From positions 1 through 64,000 of the forward strand of contig JAVKIH010000006.1 in assembly GCA_031459625.1 (NCBI GenBank): a stretch of 64,000 nt of DNA. The letters run 5' to 3'. The notes under the pieces were generated by a model, which was not told the origin of the DNA, ran no database searches, and was given only the letters and a program-made list of their open reading frames with translations. Below, piece after piece: positions 54,513 through 64,000 of this stretch. The stretch comes from Candidatus Geohabitans tengchongensis. GTDB lineage: Bacteria > Sysuimicrobiota > Sysuimicrobiia > Sysuimicrobiales > Humicultoraceae. The position numbers and the translations under genes were made by a program. Numbering within the stretch: the first letter of the stretch is position 1; the number at the start of each line of letters is the position of its first letter.

Positions 54513-55985
54513 TCACCCCTCCCCCAGCAGCCGCCGCAGGCGCGCGTACGCCTCCTCCCACCCCTCGGAGGGCCTGGGCTCGTAGACCGCCTCCCTGACG
54601 GAGCGGCGCACCACCGCCCGCAGGTCCCGCAGCGAGCTCAGGTGTCCGAGCGCCCAGGCCTGGGCCAGGATGTTGCCGAGGGAGGTGGCCTCGGCCGGAC
54701 CGGCGCGCACCAGGCGCCCTGTGGCGTCGGCCGTGAACTGGCAGAGCATGGCGTTCTGCGAGCCCCCGCCCACCACGTGCACCACGCGCGTGCGCCGCCC
54801 CAGGAGACGGTCCAGGCGCTCGATGACCCAGCGGTACTTGAGCGCCAGCGACTCCAGGACGCAGCGCACCACCTCGCCACGGCTCTGGGGGACCCGCTGC
54901 CCGGTTTCCCGGCAGTACTCGCGGATGCGTGCCGGCATGTCGGTCGGGCGCAGGAAGCGCTCCTCGTCGGGGTCGATGAGGGCGCCGAAGGGCGGGGCGG
55001 CGGCGGCTTCCTCGGCCAGGCGCTCGTAGGTCAGCGCCTCCTCCTGGGCCCAGCGGCGCCGGCACTCCTGGAGGAGCCACAGGCCCATGACGTTGCGCAG
55101 GAAGCGGAAGGTGCCGCCGAGCCCTCCTTCGTTGGTGAAGTTGTCGGCCAGGCTCTCCGGGGTGATCAGGGGGTGCGGGAGTTCCGCACCGACGAGGGAC
55201 CACGTGCCGGAGCTGATGTAGGCGAAGTCCGGTTCGTCCGCCGGGACGGCGGCCACCGCCGAGGCGGTGTCGTGGGTGGCCGGGGCGATCACCTGCAGGG
55301 TCCCACCCACCTCGTCGGCCACCACGGGGCGCAGGGGGCCGAGCACCGTCGCCGGCGGGATCACCCGCGGGAAGATGTGCGTGGGAATGCCCAGACGCTC
55401 CAGGAGGGTGGCGGCCCAGCCGCCGGCCCGAGGGTCGTAGCACTGGCTGGTGGTGGCGTCGGTGAACTCGCAGGTCACCTCGCCGGCCAGCCAGTAGGCG
55501 AAGAGGTCGGGGATCATCAGGAAGGTGGCGGCGATCTCGAGCCCGGGGTCCCGGTGCACCACCATGGCCAGCAGCTGGTAGAGCGCGTTGATCGGCATGA
55601 ACTGGATGCCGGTGTGGGCGAAGATCTCCTCGCGGGGCACGCGACGGCACGCCTCCTCGACCATGCCCTCGGTGCGGCGGTCGCGGTAGTGGTAGGGGTT
55701 GTGGACCAGTCCGCCGCGGCGGTCGAGGAGGGCGAAGTCGACCCCCCAGGTGTCCAACCCGACCGCCGCCGGTGGCGCCCCCAGGCGCCGGGCCCGGCGG
55801 ATCCCCGCCTTCAGCTCCTCGAAGAGGCGCAGGACGTCCCAGTGCAGGCCGTCCGGCAGCGCCACCGGGCCGTTGGGGAAGCGGTGGACCTCCGAGAGGG
55901 TCACGCGCTCGCCGTCGAAGTCGCCGGCCATGCATCGTCCGCTCTCGGCGCCCAGGTCGATGGCCAGCAGGCGCAGCGTGGCCAC
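54513..55985 (-). CDS. rhaB: Rhamnulokinase
   Basis: IDLGAESGR, DTWGVD, YRD, HDTASAV, SSGTWSL, NEGG. Confidence 0.92.
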   Translation of the reverse strand: MATLRLLAIDLGAESGRCMAGDFDGERVTLSEVHRFPNGPVALPDGLHWDVLRLFEELKAGIRRARRLGAPPAAVGLDTWGVDFALLDRRGGLVHNPYHYRDRRTEGMVEEACRRVPREEIFAHTGIQFMPINALYQLLAMVVHRDPGLEIAATFLMIPDLFAYWLAGEVTCEFTDATTSQCYDPRAGGWAATLLERLGIPTHIFPRVIPPATVLGPLRPVVADEVGGTLQVIAPATHDTASAVAAVPADEPDFAYISSGTWSLVGAELPHPLITPESLADNFTNEGGLGGTFRFLRNVMGLWLLQECRRRWAQEEALTYERLAEEAAAAPPFGALIDPDEERFLRPTDMPARIREYCRETGQRVPQSRGEVVRCVLESLALKYRWVIERLDRLLGRRTRVVHVVGGGSQNAMLCQFTADATGRLVRAGPAEATSLGNILAQAWALGHLSSLRDLRAVVRRSVREAVYEPRPSEGWEEAYARLRRLLGEG

Positions 55986-56002
55986 GGTCGGTCGCCCGCG
56001 CT

Positions 56003-57325
56003 TCAGGCTCCCAACGTGCCGCCCGGGCCGGCGGCACCATCGGCCGCGGGAGCACTGTCAGCCGCGGAGGCGCTCCCGGTCGCGAAGGGGTTGCCGCCCG
56101 GCCCCGCGCCCTGCCGTCCCGCCCCGCGGGCCGCGGCCAGCCGCGCGGCATAGCCGCCCTGGCGGAAGGCGGCGACCGGATCGGCTGGCGCTCCCAGCTC
56201 CTCCCGCACGACGTGCAGCAACGGACGCACGTCCGTCTCGTACGCCTCCAGCAGGAGGCGGTGCGCGCCGAGGACATCCCCCTCGGCCTGCGCGCGGCGC
56301 AGCGCCGCCCGGTCCACGAGCAGGGCGCGGGCGTAAGCGCGCTGCACCTGCTCCACCGAGAGCAGGACGGCCTCGATCTTCCCCTCGACGTTGTGTGACT
56401 GGTCGAGCATGTAGGCGACGCGCCGCGCCCCGTCCGCGACGGTCGGGTCCGGGTCCTCGGCGGCGGCCACGAGCTCGGTGAAGATGAGGAAGAGCTCGAA
56501 GGGGTTGATCGCTCCCACGATCAAGTCGTCGTCGCCATACTTGCGGCTGTTGAAGTGGAAGCCGCCCAGGCGCCCCTCGTCCAGCAGCACCGCCACCAGG
56601 TGCTCGATGTTGGTCCCCTGGGGGTGGTGGCCGGTGTCCACCAGGACCTGCGCGCGCGGCCCCAGGCGCACCGCCAGCAGGTAGGCCATCCCCCAGTCCG
56701 CCAGGTCGGTGTGGTAGAAGGCCGGCTCGAAGAACTTGTACTCCAGGAGCATGCGCATCCCGTCCGGCATGGCCGCGTAGACCTCGGCCAGCGCCTCGGC
56801 CAGCCGCTGCCGGCGGGCGCGGAAGTCGTCCTGTCCCGGGTAGTTGGTCCCGTCGGCGAACCACAGGCTCAGCAGGTCCGACCCGACGGCGCGCGCCACC
56901 TCGATGCACTCGAGCATGTGCGCCGCCGCGCGCCGCCGCACCGCCGGATCGGGGTGGCAGACGCTGCCCAGCCGGTAGGCCGCCTCCTGGAAGAGGTTGG
57001 GGTTGACCGCGCCGATGCGCAGGCCGAGCTGCCGCGCCGCCTCGCGCAACCGTCCGTAGTCGTCCACGGCGTCCCAAGGGATGTGGATGGCCACGGAGGG
57101 GCAAACCCCGGTCAGGCGGTGGACCAGGGCGGCGTCCTCCAGCTTCTCCCAGATCGTGCGCGCCGCGCCCGGCCAGGGGAAGACGGCGAAGCGCGTGCCC
57201 GAGTCCCCGTACCCCCACGACGGGGTCTCGATCTGCAGGCTCCGCAGCGCCGCCCGCACCCGGGCCACGTCCACCCCCCGGTCGGTCAGCTGCCGTTCCA
57301 GCACGGTGTAGGCTGCGTCGCGCAT
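56003..57325 (-). CDS. rhaI: L-rhamnose isomerase (RhaI type)
   Basis: [34 protein letters not shown]. Confidence 0.92.
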   Translation of the reverse strand: MRDAAYTVLERQLTDRGVDVARVRAALRSLQIETPSWGYGDSGTRFAVFPWPGAARTIWEKLEDAALVHRLTGVCPSVAIHIPWDAVDDYGRLREAARQLGLRIGAVNPNLFQEAAYRLGSVCHPDPAVRRRAAAHMLECIEVARAVGSDLLSLWFADGTNYPGQDDFRARRQRLAEALAEVYAAMPDGMRMLLEYKFFEPAFYHTDLADWGMAYLLAVRLGPRAQVLVDTGHHPQGTNIEHLVAVLLDEGRLGGFHFNSRKYGDDDLIVGAINPFELFLIFTELVAAAEDPDPTVADGARRVAYMLDQSHNVEGKIEAVLLSVEQVQRAYARALLVDRAALRRAQAEGDVLGAHRLLLEAYETDVRPLLHVVREELGAPADPVAAFRQGGYAARLAAARGAGRQGAGPGGNPFATGSASAADSAPAADGAAGPGGTLGA

Positions 57326-57338
57326 GCCGCCGCCCTCC

Positions 57339-59396
57339 TCAGCGCGTGTACGCGCCCGGGACGCCGCCGTCCACGGTGATGGTGCACCCCGTCGTCTTCG
57401 CCGACCGCGGTGAGACGAGGAAGTAGACCGCCTCCGCCACGTCCTCCGGGAAGACGTTCACCTTGAGCGTGGTGCGGGCCCGGTAGAAGGCCTCCAGCTC
57501 CGTCTCCTCCACCCCGTAGTCCCGCGCCCGCTGCTGGCGCCAGGTCCCCGACCAGATGCGCGAGCCGCGCAGCACCGCATCGGGGGCCACGGCGTTCACG
57601 CGGATGCCGGCCTCGCCCCCCTCCTCGGCCAGCGAGCGCATCAGGTGCTGCTCCGCCGCCTTGGCGGCGTTGTAGGCGGCGCTGTTGCGCCCGGCCAGGA
57701 GAGCGTTCTTGCTGGTGACGAAGACGAGCGCCCCGCCCCGGCCCTGGGCCCGCAGCACCCGGAACGCCTCCCGGGCGACGAGGAAGTAGCCGCGCGCCAG
57801 CACGGCGAAGAGGCGATCCCACTCGTCGGCGGAGGTCTCCTCCACCGGCCGGGCCAGCGCCACGCCGGCGTTGTTCACCACGATGTCCACGCCGCCGTAC
57901 TCCAGCACGAGGCGCTCGTAGGCCGCCTGGACTGCCGCCTCGTCGGTGACGTCACCGGGGAGGCCGAGCGCGCGTCCCTCGCCGAAGCGCTCCCGCAGCT
58001 CCGCCGCCACCGCCGCGGCCCCGTCCGCGTCGATGTCGAGCAGTGCCACGTGCGCGCCTTCCTGCGCCAGGCGCTCGGCCACCGCCCGCCCGATGGCCCC
58101 GGCGCCTCCGGTCACCAGGGCGACGCGGCCGTGCAGCTCGCGCGGAGGCGGCGCCAGGGTGAGTTTGTAGAGCTCGAGGGGCCAGAACTCCACGTCGTAG
58201 GCCTCGCGGTCCGTGAGGGAGGTGAAGGTGCCCAGTGCCTCGGCGCCGGCCATGACGGCGATGGCGCGGTGGTAGAGGTCGGCCGTGCGCGCCGCCGCCT
58301 CCTTGGTGGGGCCGGTGGTGACCATGCCGAGCCCGGGGAGGAGGAGGACGCGCGGGAAGGGGTCCCCCTCGGGGTCGCCCGGCCGGCGGTGGGTGGCCTG
58401 GTAGCGCTCGTACGCCGCCGCGTACTCCTTGACGGCGGCCACCGCCGCGCCTGCCAGGCCCTCCGGCCCGGCCTCGGCCCCGGCCGGCACGATGCACGGC
58501 CGGTGCTTGGTGTGCACCAGGTGGTCGGGGCAGGCCGCACCGACGGTGGCCAGGGTGGTGAGCTGCTCGCTGCACACGAAGGCCATCACGTCGGGGGTGG
58601 TGTCGACGTGGAGGATGGCCGGCCGGCGCTGGCTCACCACCCCGCGCACCCGGGGCAGCAGGTGGGTGAGGAGGCGCCGCCGTTCCCGTTCGGCTGCGGG
58701 CGTGACCCGGAGGCCGCCGAAGGGCACGCGGGGCCGGCGGCGGGCGATGGCCTCCTCCGCCTGGGCGACGATCGCCAGGGTGGCCTCGTAGCAGCTGCGC
58801 GCGTCCTCCCCCCACGTCACCAGGCCGTGCTTGGCCAGGAAGACCGCCCGGGCCTGGGGGTGGCGGCGCACCGCCGCGGCCACCGCCTTGCTGAGGGCAA
58901 AGCCGGGGCGCTGGTAGGGGATCCAGAGGACGGCATCGCCGAAGACCTCGCGCGTCACCGCCTCGCCGCGGTCGGCGGTGCAGAAGGCGATCACCGCGTC
59001 GGGGTGGGTGTGGTCGACGTGGGCGAAGGGCAGGAAGGCGTGCAGGAGCGTCTCGATGGACGGTCGGGGGTAGTCGGGCCGCAGGAGGCAGCGCTGGAGG
59101 TAGTCCACCATCTCCTCGTCGGAGAGGTGGTCCCGTGCTTCGAGCAGCAGGACCTCGTCCAGGCGCAGGCCGGCGAAGTCGCGCACGGTGGCGGTGCGCA
59201 TGTCCGAGCCGCTGCCCTTGATCCACAGCGTGCGCACCCGGCGCCCGGTGTGGTCCACCTCCTCCGCCTTGGCCGAGGTGTTGCCGCCCTTCCAGTTGAC
59301 GATGGTGGGGTCCTGTCCCAGGAGCCGGGAGCGGTAGACGAGCTGCTCCAGGGGAGTGCGTCCGTGGACCTCCGCCTCCGACCACGCCGGCCGCAT
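57339..59396 (-). CDS. rhaD: Bifunctional rhamnulose-1-phosphate aldolase / short-chain dehydrogenase
   Basis: [44 protein letters not shown]. Confidence 0.92.
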   Translation of the reverse strand: MRPAWSEAEVHGRTPLEQLVYRSRLLGQDPTIVNWKGGNTSAKAEEVDHTGRRVRTLWIKGSGSDMRTATVRDFAGLRLDEVLLLEARDHLSDEEMVDYLQRCLLRPDYPRPSIETLLHAFLPFAHVDHTHPDAVIAFCTADRGEAVTREVFGDAVLWIPYQRPGFALSKAVAAAVRRHPQARAVFLAKHGLVTWGEDARSCYEATLAIVAQAEEAIARRRPRVPFGGLRVTPAAERERRRLLTHLLPRVRGVVSQRRPAILHVDTTPDVMAFVCSEQLTTLATVGAACPDHLVHTKHRPCIVPAGAEAGPEGLAGAAVAAVKEYAAAYERYQATHRRPGDPEGDPFPRVLLLPGLGMVTTGPTKEAAARTADLYHRAIAVMAGAEALGTFTSLTDREAYDVEFWPLELYKLTLAPPPRELHGRVALVTGGAGAIGRAVAERLAQEGAHVALLDIDADGAAAVAAELRERFGEGRALGLPGDVTDEAAVQAAYERLVLEYGGVDIVVNNAGVALARPVEETSADEWDRLFAVLARGYFLVAREAFRVLRAQGRGGALVFVTSKNALLAGRNSAAYNAAKAAEQHLMRSLAEEGGEAGIRVNAVAPDAVLRGSRIWSGTWRQQRARDYGVEETELEAFYRARTTLKVNVFPEDVAEAVYFLVSPRSAKTTGCTITVDGGVPGAYTR

Positions 59397-59403
59397 CACC
59401 GCT

Positions 59404-60387
59404 TCACCCTCCCTGCACGCCCACCGCCATCCCCCGGCGGGCCAGCCACTGGTTGAGGACCACGGTGCCCGCCAGGACCGCGCCCACCGCCCCCAGTTGC
59501 CAGATCGGGTGGATGCCTGCCAGCTGCAGGCCGTTGGAGAGCACGGTGATGACGGCCACGCCCAGCACCGTCCCCAGCACGGTGCCCTCGCCGCCGGCGA
59601 TGTGGGTGCCGCCCAGCACGGCGATGGTGATGGCCTGCAGCTCGTAGCCAAAGCCCGCGTCCGGGCGGGCGCTGGCCACCCGGGACGTGATCACGACCGC
59701 GGCCACTCCGGCGAGCAGGCCGGAGAGGGTGAAGACCCAGAATCGCACCCGCTCCACGGGGATGGCCGCGAAGCGCGCCGCCACCTCGTTCGTGCCGACG
59801 CCGTAGAGGTGACGGCCGAAGACCGTGTGCCGCAGCAGAGTGTGCAGCAGCAGCGCCACGGGGAGGAAGACCAGCACCACCTGGAGGGGGATTCCCAGCA
59901 CTTCCCCCTGGCCCAGGACGTAGAAGCGTTCCGGCAACCCCGAGATGGGCACGGTGTCCGTCAGCACCAGCGCCGCCGACCCGTAGATGTAGAGCGTGCC
60001 CAGGGTGACGATGAGGGCGGGAATGCGCAGCGCGGTGATGCAGAGGGCGTTGAGGGCGCCCATCACCGCCCCGCTGAGGACGGCGGCGCCTGCAGCCAGC
60101 CACACGTCCACTGCCAGGTGCTTGACCAGCAGGCCCATGACGATGCCGGCCAGGCTCAGCATCGAGCCGACGGAGAGGTCGATGGAGCCCCCGCCGGAGA
60201 TGATCACCAGAGTCTCGCCCAGGGCCAGCAGGCCGATCTCGACCCCGTAGCGCGTCATGTTCAGGGTGTTGTAGAGCGTGGCGAAGCCGTCGACGCTCAG
60301 AGCGAAGAGGGCGTAGCTGGCCACCAGCAGGGCGAGGAGGAAGCGGGGGCGGTCGGCGGCGACGGCACGCAGCAGCCGCGCAGCCAT
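59404..60387 (-). CDS. Monosaccharide ABC permease
   Basis: IDLSVGS, GTNEVAARFA, YELQAIT. Confidence 0.92.
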   Translation of the reverse strand: MAARLLRAVAADRPRFLLALLVASYALFALSVDGFATLYNTLNMTRYGVEIGLLALGETLVIISGGGSIDLSVGSMLSLAGIVMGLLVKHLAVDVWLAAGAAVLSGAVMGALNALCITALRIPALIVTLGTLYIYGSAALVLTDTVPISGLPERFYVLGQGEVLGIPLQVVLVFLPVALLLHTLLRHTVFGRHLYGVGTNEVAARFAAIPVERVRFWVFTLSGLLAGVAAVVITSRVASARPDAGFGYELQAITIAVLGGTHIAGGEGTVLGTVLGVAVITVLSNGLQLAGIHPIWQLGAVGAVLAGTVVLNQWLARRGMAVGVQGG

Positions 60388-60424
60388 CAGGGACCTCCCA
60401 GTGCCCAGCGCCGGCCGCACCCCA

Positions 60425-61414
60425 TCAGGGGGTTCCCCGCCGGGTGCGCAGCAGGTCGACGGCCACGGCCAGCAGGATCAGGACGCCGGCCACCATCCCC
60501 TCGGCCAGCCCGCTCACGTTCATCAGGATCAGCCCGTTCTTGATCTGGCCCACCAGCACGGCGCCCAGGACGCTGCCCACGACGCTGCCGCGCCCGCCCA
60601 GGATGGAGGTCCCGCCCAACACCACGGCAGCGATCACCTGCAGCTCGAACCCCACGCCCGTGTTGGACTGCACGAAGCCGGTCTGGCCGACGTAGAGGAG
60701 CGCGGCCACGCCCACCAGCATGCCCGTCACGCCGTAGACGACGAAGGCCACCCTGGCCACGTCGATCCCGGCCAGGCGTGCCGCTTCGGCGTTGCCGCCC
60801 ACCGCGTAGATGTGCCGCCCCAGCGGCCGCCGGGCGGTGACGTAGGCGAAGAGGAGGGTGAGGGCGAGGGCCAGGAGGGCGGCCACCGGCACCCCGCCCA
60901 CCGTGCCGAGCCCCAGCGGGCGCAGGACCGGGGGAATGTCGGCGATCCACTTGCCGCGCAGGAGCTGGAAGGTGAGCGCCCGGTAGAGCGAGAGGGTGGC
61001 GAGGGTGGCGATGATGGGCATCACGCCGGCCCGGGCGACCAGCCCACCGTTGACCATCCCCAGGACGAGACCGCTCAGCACGCCGATCGCGATCAGGAGG
61101 CCCAGGTGCCATCCCGCCGTGGCGGCGTAGCCCAGGAGCACGGCGGTGACACCCAGCGTCGAGCCCACCGAGACGTCGATGCCGCCGGTGAGGATGACCA
61201 GGGTCATCCCCAGGGCCACGACGGCAGTGGGGGCGCTGTTCAGCAGGACGTTGGCCAGGTTGGTCGGGGTGAGGAAGCGGCCCGTCCAGGCGTGCAGGGC
61301 GAGCCCCAGCCCGAGGATGAAGAGGACGACGCCGGCCTCGCGCGTGCGCAGCACCGCCAGGCCGCGCACGAGCACCGGGGCGGGGGGCACCCGTTCAAGC
61401 GGGAGGGTTTGCAT
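60425..61414 (-). CDS. Monosaccharide ABC permease
   Basis: GIDVSVGS, GGNAEAARLAGI, FELQVIAAVVLGG. Confidence 0.92.
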   Translation of the reverse strand: MQTLPLERVPPAPVLVRGLAVLRTREAGVVLFILGLGLALHAWTGRFLTPTNLANVLLNSAPTAVVALGMTLVILTGGIDVSVGSTLGVTAVLLGYAATAGWHLGLLIAIGVLSGLVLGMVNGGLVARAGVMPIIATLATLSLYRALTFQLLRGKWIADIPPVLRPLGLGTVGGVPVAALLALALTLLFAYVTARRPLGRHIYAVGGNAEAARLAGIDVARVAFVVYGVTGMLVGVAALLYVGQTGFVQSNTGVGFELQVIAAVVLGGTSILGGRGSVVGSVLGAVLVGQIKNGLILMNVSGLAEGMVAGVLILLAVAVDLLRTRRGTP

Positions 61415-62915
61415 AGACCTCCCGCGCTCCCGTGGCGGCCCGCAGCAGGGCCGCCTCGCCTTCCACCTCCCCCCGGGCCACCAGCGCCGTCACGCGCCCC
61501 TCGTGCAGGACCAGGATGCGGTCGGCCAGCTTCAGCACCTCGGGGAGCTCGCTGCTGATGACCACGACGGCGACGCCCTCCGCCGCCAGGGCGAAGATGC
61601 GTTCGTGGATCTCCTCTTTGGCCGCGACGTCCACGCCCCGGGTGGGCTCGTCGAGGATGAGCAGCCGGGGACGGCGCGCCAGCCAGCGCCCCAGCAGTAC
61701 CTTCTGCTGGTTGCCTCCGGAGAGCGCCTGGGTGGGGGTGTGCAGCCCGGGGGTGCGGATCCCCAGCGCCCGTACCATCGCCGCGCCCGCCGCCTCTTCC
61801 CGGCGGCGGTCCACCGCGCCCAGCAGGCGGCGCAGGGCGGGCAGGATGGCCACGGTCAGGTCGTAGCGCACCGGCAGCGGCAGGAAGAGCCCCTGGGCCT
61901 TGCGGTCCTCGGGCAGGTAGGCGATGCCGAGGCGCAGGGCCTGCTCCGGGGAGGTGATCGCCACCGGCTCCCCGTCCAGGAGGATGCGGCCGCGGGCCGC
62001 CGGGGCGATGCCGAAGAGGGCATGGGCCACCTGCGTGCGCCCTGAGCCCACTAGCCCGAACAGGGCCAGCACCTCGCCGCGCCGGACGTCGAAGGAGACG
62101 CCCTTCACCGTCGGCGGGACGGCCAGCTCCTCCACGCGCAGGACGACCTCCCCGATGCGTCGGCCGTCGCGGGCGGCCCGCTCGTGGAAGATCTCCCCCG
62201 CCATCAGGTCGATCAGCCGGTCGCGGGAGATCGCCCCGACAGGGAAGGTGCCGCGCACCTCCCCGTCCTTCATCACCGTCACCCGGTCGGCGATCTGGAA
62301 GATCTCCTCCAGTCGGTGGCTGATGTAGACGATCCCCACCCCGCCGGCGCGCAGCCGCCGGATGACCCCGAAGAGCCGCTCCGTCTCGCCCTGGGTGAGG
62401 ATGGCGGTGGGCTCGTCCAGGATGATCACCCGCGAGGCGTGGGAGAGCGCCTTCACGATCAGGACGAGCTGCTGCATGCCGATGGTCAGCCGGCCGATGG
62501 GCTGGGTCAGAAAGGTGCCGCGGATCCCCAGGTCGGCGAAGAGGCGGGCGGCTGCCTGGCGCTGCGCTGCCCAGTCGATGTTGCCCAGGCGGTCGCGCAA
62601 CTCCCGGCCCATGAAGATGTTCTCCACCACGCTCAGGTCGGGGTAGACCAGCGGGTCCTGGTAGACGGTGGCGATGCCCAGGTCCTGGGCCACCCGGGGC
62701 GAGGTCAGGTGCACCGGCCGCCCTGCGTAGAGGACCTGGCCGTTGTCGGGCTGCAGCGCCCCGGAGAGGATGCGGATGAGGGTGGATTTCCCGGCGCCGT
62801 TCTGCCCCACCAGCGCGTGCACCTCCCCCGGGCGCACGTCGAAGGAGGCATGGCGGACGGCGACGACACCGCCGAAGGCCTTGGAGACGTCCCGCGCGGC
62901 GAGCAGCCCGCTCAT
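61395..62915 (-). CDS. Sugar ABC ATP-binding protein, two domains
   Basis: GQNGAGKST, LDEPT, EDRK, LSGGNQQK. Confidence 0.95.
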   Translation of the reverse strand: MSGLLAARDVSKAFGGVVAVRHASFDVRPGEVHALVGQNGAGKSTLIRILSGALQPDNGQVLYAGRPVHLTSPRVAQDLGIATVYQDPLVYPDLSVVENIFMGRELRDRLGNIDWAAQRQAAARLFADLGIRGTFLTQPIGRLTIGMQQLVLIVKALSHASRVIILDEPTAILTQGETERLFGVIRRLRAGGVGIVYISHRLEEIFQIADRVTVMKDGEVRGTFPVGAISRDRLIDLMAGEIFHERAARDGRRIGEVVLRVEELAVPPTVKGVSFDVRRGEVLALFGLVGSGRTQVAHALFGIAPAARGRILLDGEPVAITSPEQALRLGIAYLPEDRKAQGLFLPLPVRYDLTVAILPALRRLLGAVDRRREEAAGAAMVRALGIRTPGLHTPTQALSGGNQQKVLLGRWLARRPRLLILDEPTRGVDVAAKEEIHERIFALAAEGVAVVVISSELPEVLKLADRILVLHEGRVTALVARGEVEGEAALLRAATGAREVYANPPA

Positions 62916-62966
62916 GGTCGGTGCCCGGGAGGGGACGGGGCGCTCCAGCCTCGCCCCCTCCGTCGC

Positions 62967-63953
62967 TCAGAAGTCGAACCGGTCGACGTTCGCCTTGGTG
63001 AAGACGGTCGGCGGGCCCAGCAACAGCATGCGCTGCTGGGGGAAGTAGCGCACCTGGCCGATGGTCGGGACGGTGTTCACCGCGGCGAATGGCTTGCCGT
63101 CCACGAGCTGCTTCCCCGCCCAGACGGTCAGGTAGCCCAGCTTCACCGGGTCCCAGAGGACGAAGCTGGGCACGGCCCCGTTCTTCACGTACTTGCGCAT
63201 GAGTGAGGGCACCGACAGTCCGGTGACGAAGACCTTGCCGATCTTCCCCATCTGCGTCACCGCTTCCGCCGCCCCCGGGGCCGAGGTCGAGCACTGGCCG
63301 ATGACGCCCTTGAGGTTGGGGAAGGCGGTGATGAGGTCGCGTGTCACCTTGATCGCCTCGTTGATGTCCTCGCCGGCGTACTTCAGGGCGACGAGCTTCA
63401 TCTCCGGGTAGCGTTCGGCCTGGCGCTTCTTCTCGATCTCGATCCAGGCGTTCAGGTTCTGCGCCGTGGGGCCGCAGGAGACGATGGCATACTCGCCCCG
63501 CCGGCCCATCATTCTGGCCAGCTCGTCCATGATGGTGTTGCCGATGTCCTCGGCCAGGGCCTGGTTGACGAAGACCTCGCGCACCGAGTTGGGGGCGTCG
63601 GTGTCGGAGGTGAACATCTTGAGCCCCCGGTCCTTCCCCTTCTTCAGGGTGGGGGCGATAGCCGTGGGGTCGTTGGGGGCCACGGCGATGGCCGGCACGC
63701 CCCGGGTGATGAGGTTGTCCACGATCTGGATCTGCGCGGCCGAGTCGGCCGTGGTCGGCCCCGTGTAGACGAACTCGACGTTCAGGTCGGCGGCCGCTTG
63801 CTTGCCGCCCTTCTCCATGGCGTTGAAGTAGGGGATGCCAATCAGCTTCGGCACGAAGGCCACCTGGGTGCGCCGCGCCGCCCCCTGGACGGGCGGGAGC
63901 AGCCACAGGGCCACGACGGCGGCCAGCGTCAGGAGCCACACGCGTCGGGACAT
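62967..63953 (-). CDS. Sugar ABC substrate-binding protein (RhaS/LsrB-like; rhamnose by context)
   Basis: Signal peptide, FVPKLIGIPYF, LWDPVKLGY; GGAGGAG RBS. Confidence 0.88.
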   Translation of the reverse strand: MSRRVWLLTLAAVVALWLLPPVQGAARRTQVAFVPKLIGIPYFNAMEKGGKQAAADLNVEFVYTGPTTADSAAQIQIVDNLITRGVPAIAVAPNDPTAIAPTLKKGKDRGLKMFTSDTDAPNSVREVFVNQALAEDIGNTIMDELARMMGRRGEYAIVSCGPTAQNLNAWIEIEKKRQAERYPEMKLVALKYAGEDINEAIKVTRDLITAFPNLKGVIGQCSTSAPGAAEAVTQMGKIGKVFVTGLSVPSLMRKYVKNGAVPSFVLWDPVKLGYLTVWAGKQLVDGKPFAAVNTVPTIGQVRYFPQQRMLLLGPPTVFTKANVDRFDF

Positions 63954-64000
63954 CGCTCCTCCTCCCTTCTCTCCGACTGGTGTTCCCCCCGGGCTAGAAG

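Noticed and set aside
48658..63939. Very long Arg/Pro/Gly-rich ORFs (900, 949, 899 aa and others)
   Set aside because: Overlap well-supported genes, low-complexity composition, no motifs
62967..63953. AI-2 (Lsr) uptake system
   Set aside because: The SBP resembles LsrB, but the operon continues into rhaD-rhaI-rhaB and no lsrK/lsrR/lsrG is visible
1..64000. CRISPR arrays, IS elements, prophage, anti-phage defence genes
   Set aside because: No spaced direct repeats, transposase, integrase or recognisable defence motifs found by eye

Overview
Very GC-rich bacterial chromosomal DNA, densely coding, with no transposase, integrase, phage gene, rRNA or CRISPR array visible. (1) 1-7.5 kb: coproporphyrin-dependent heme operon (hemC end, hemD, hemB, hemQ/chdC, a radical-SAM remnant, hemL, hemE, hemH, hemY). 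(2) 7.6-34 kb: an apparent redox/hypoxia-response region with two Hsp20s, DoxX, an aldolase/dehydrogenase pair, a GAF sensor kinase with a CxC-x17-C motif, two NarL-type regulators, three CBS proteins, a two-domain multicopper oxidase, lacD-like aldolase, pfkA, porCDAB, OsmC, USP and a CsoR/CstR-family repressor; a sugar ABC/sialidase-like operon sits inside it. (3) ZIP, sfsA, tRNA-Ser(CGA), GYD and VIT1 genes. (4) A xylose-type cluster split by a fluoride-riboswitch operon (CPA antiporter plus two MutS-like ATPases). (5) Sugar-catabolism and L-rhamnose clusters. The top observations are a recurring 18-bp box (ATCGGG-N6-CCCGAT-like) lying 22-23 nt upstream of -10-like hexamers at seven promoters, suggesting a local regulon of the kinase/regulator system, and the fluoride riboswitch-antiporter-MutS-pair module. 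All calls come from reading motifs by eye; no database search was run.
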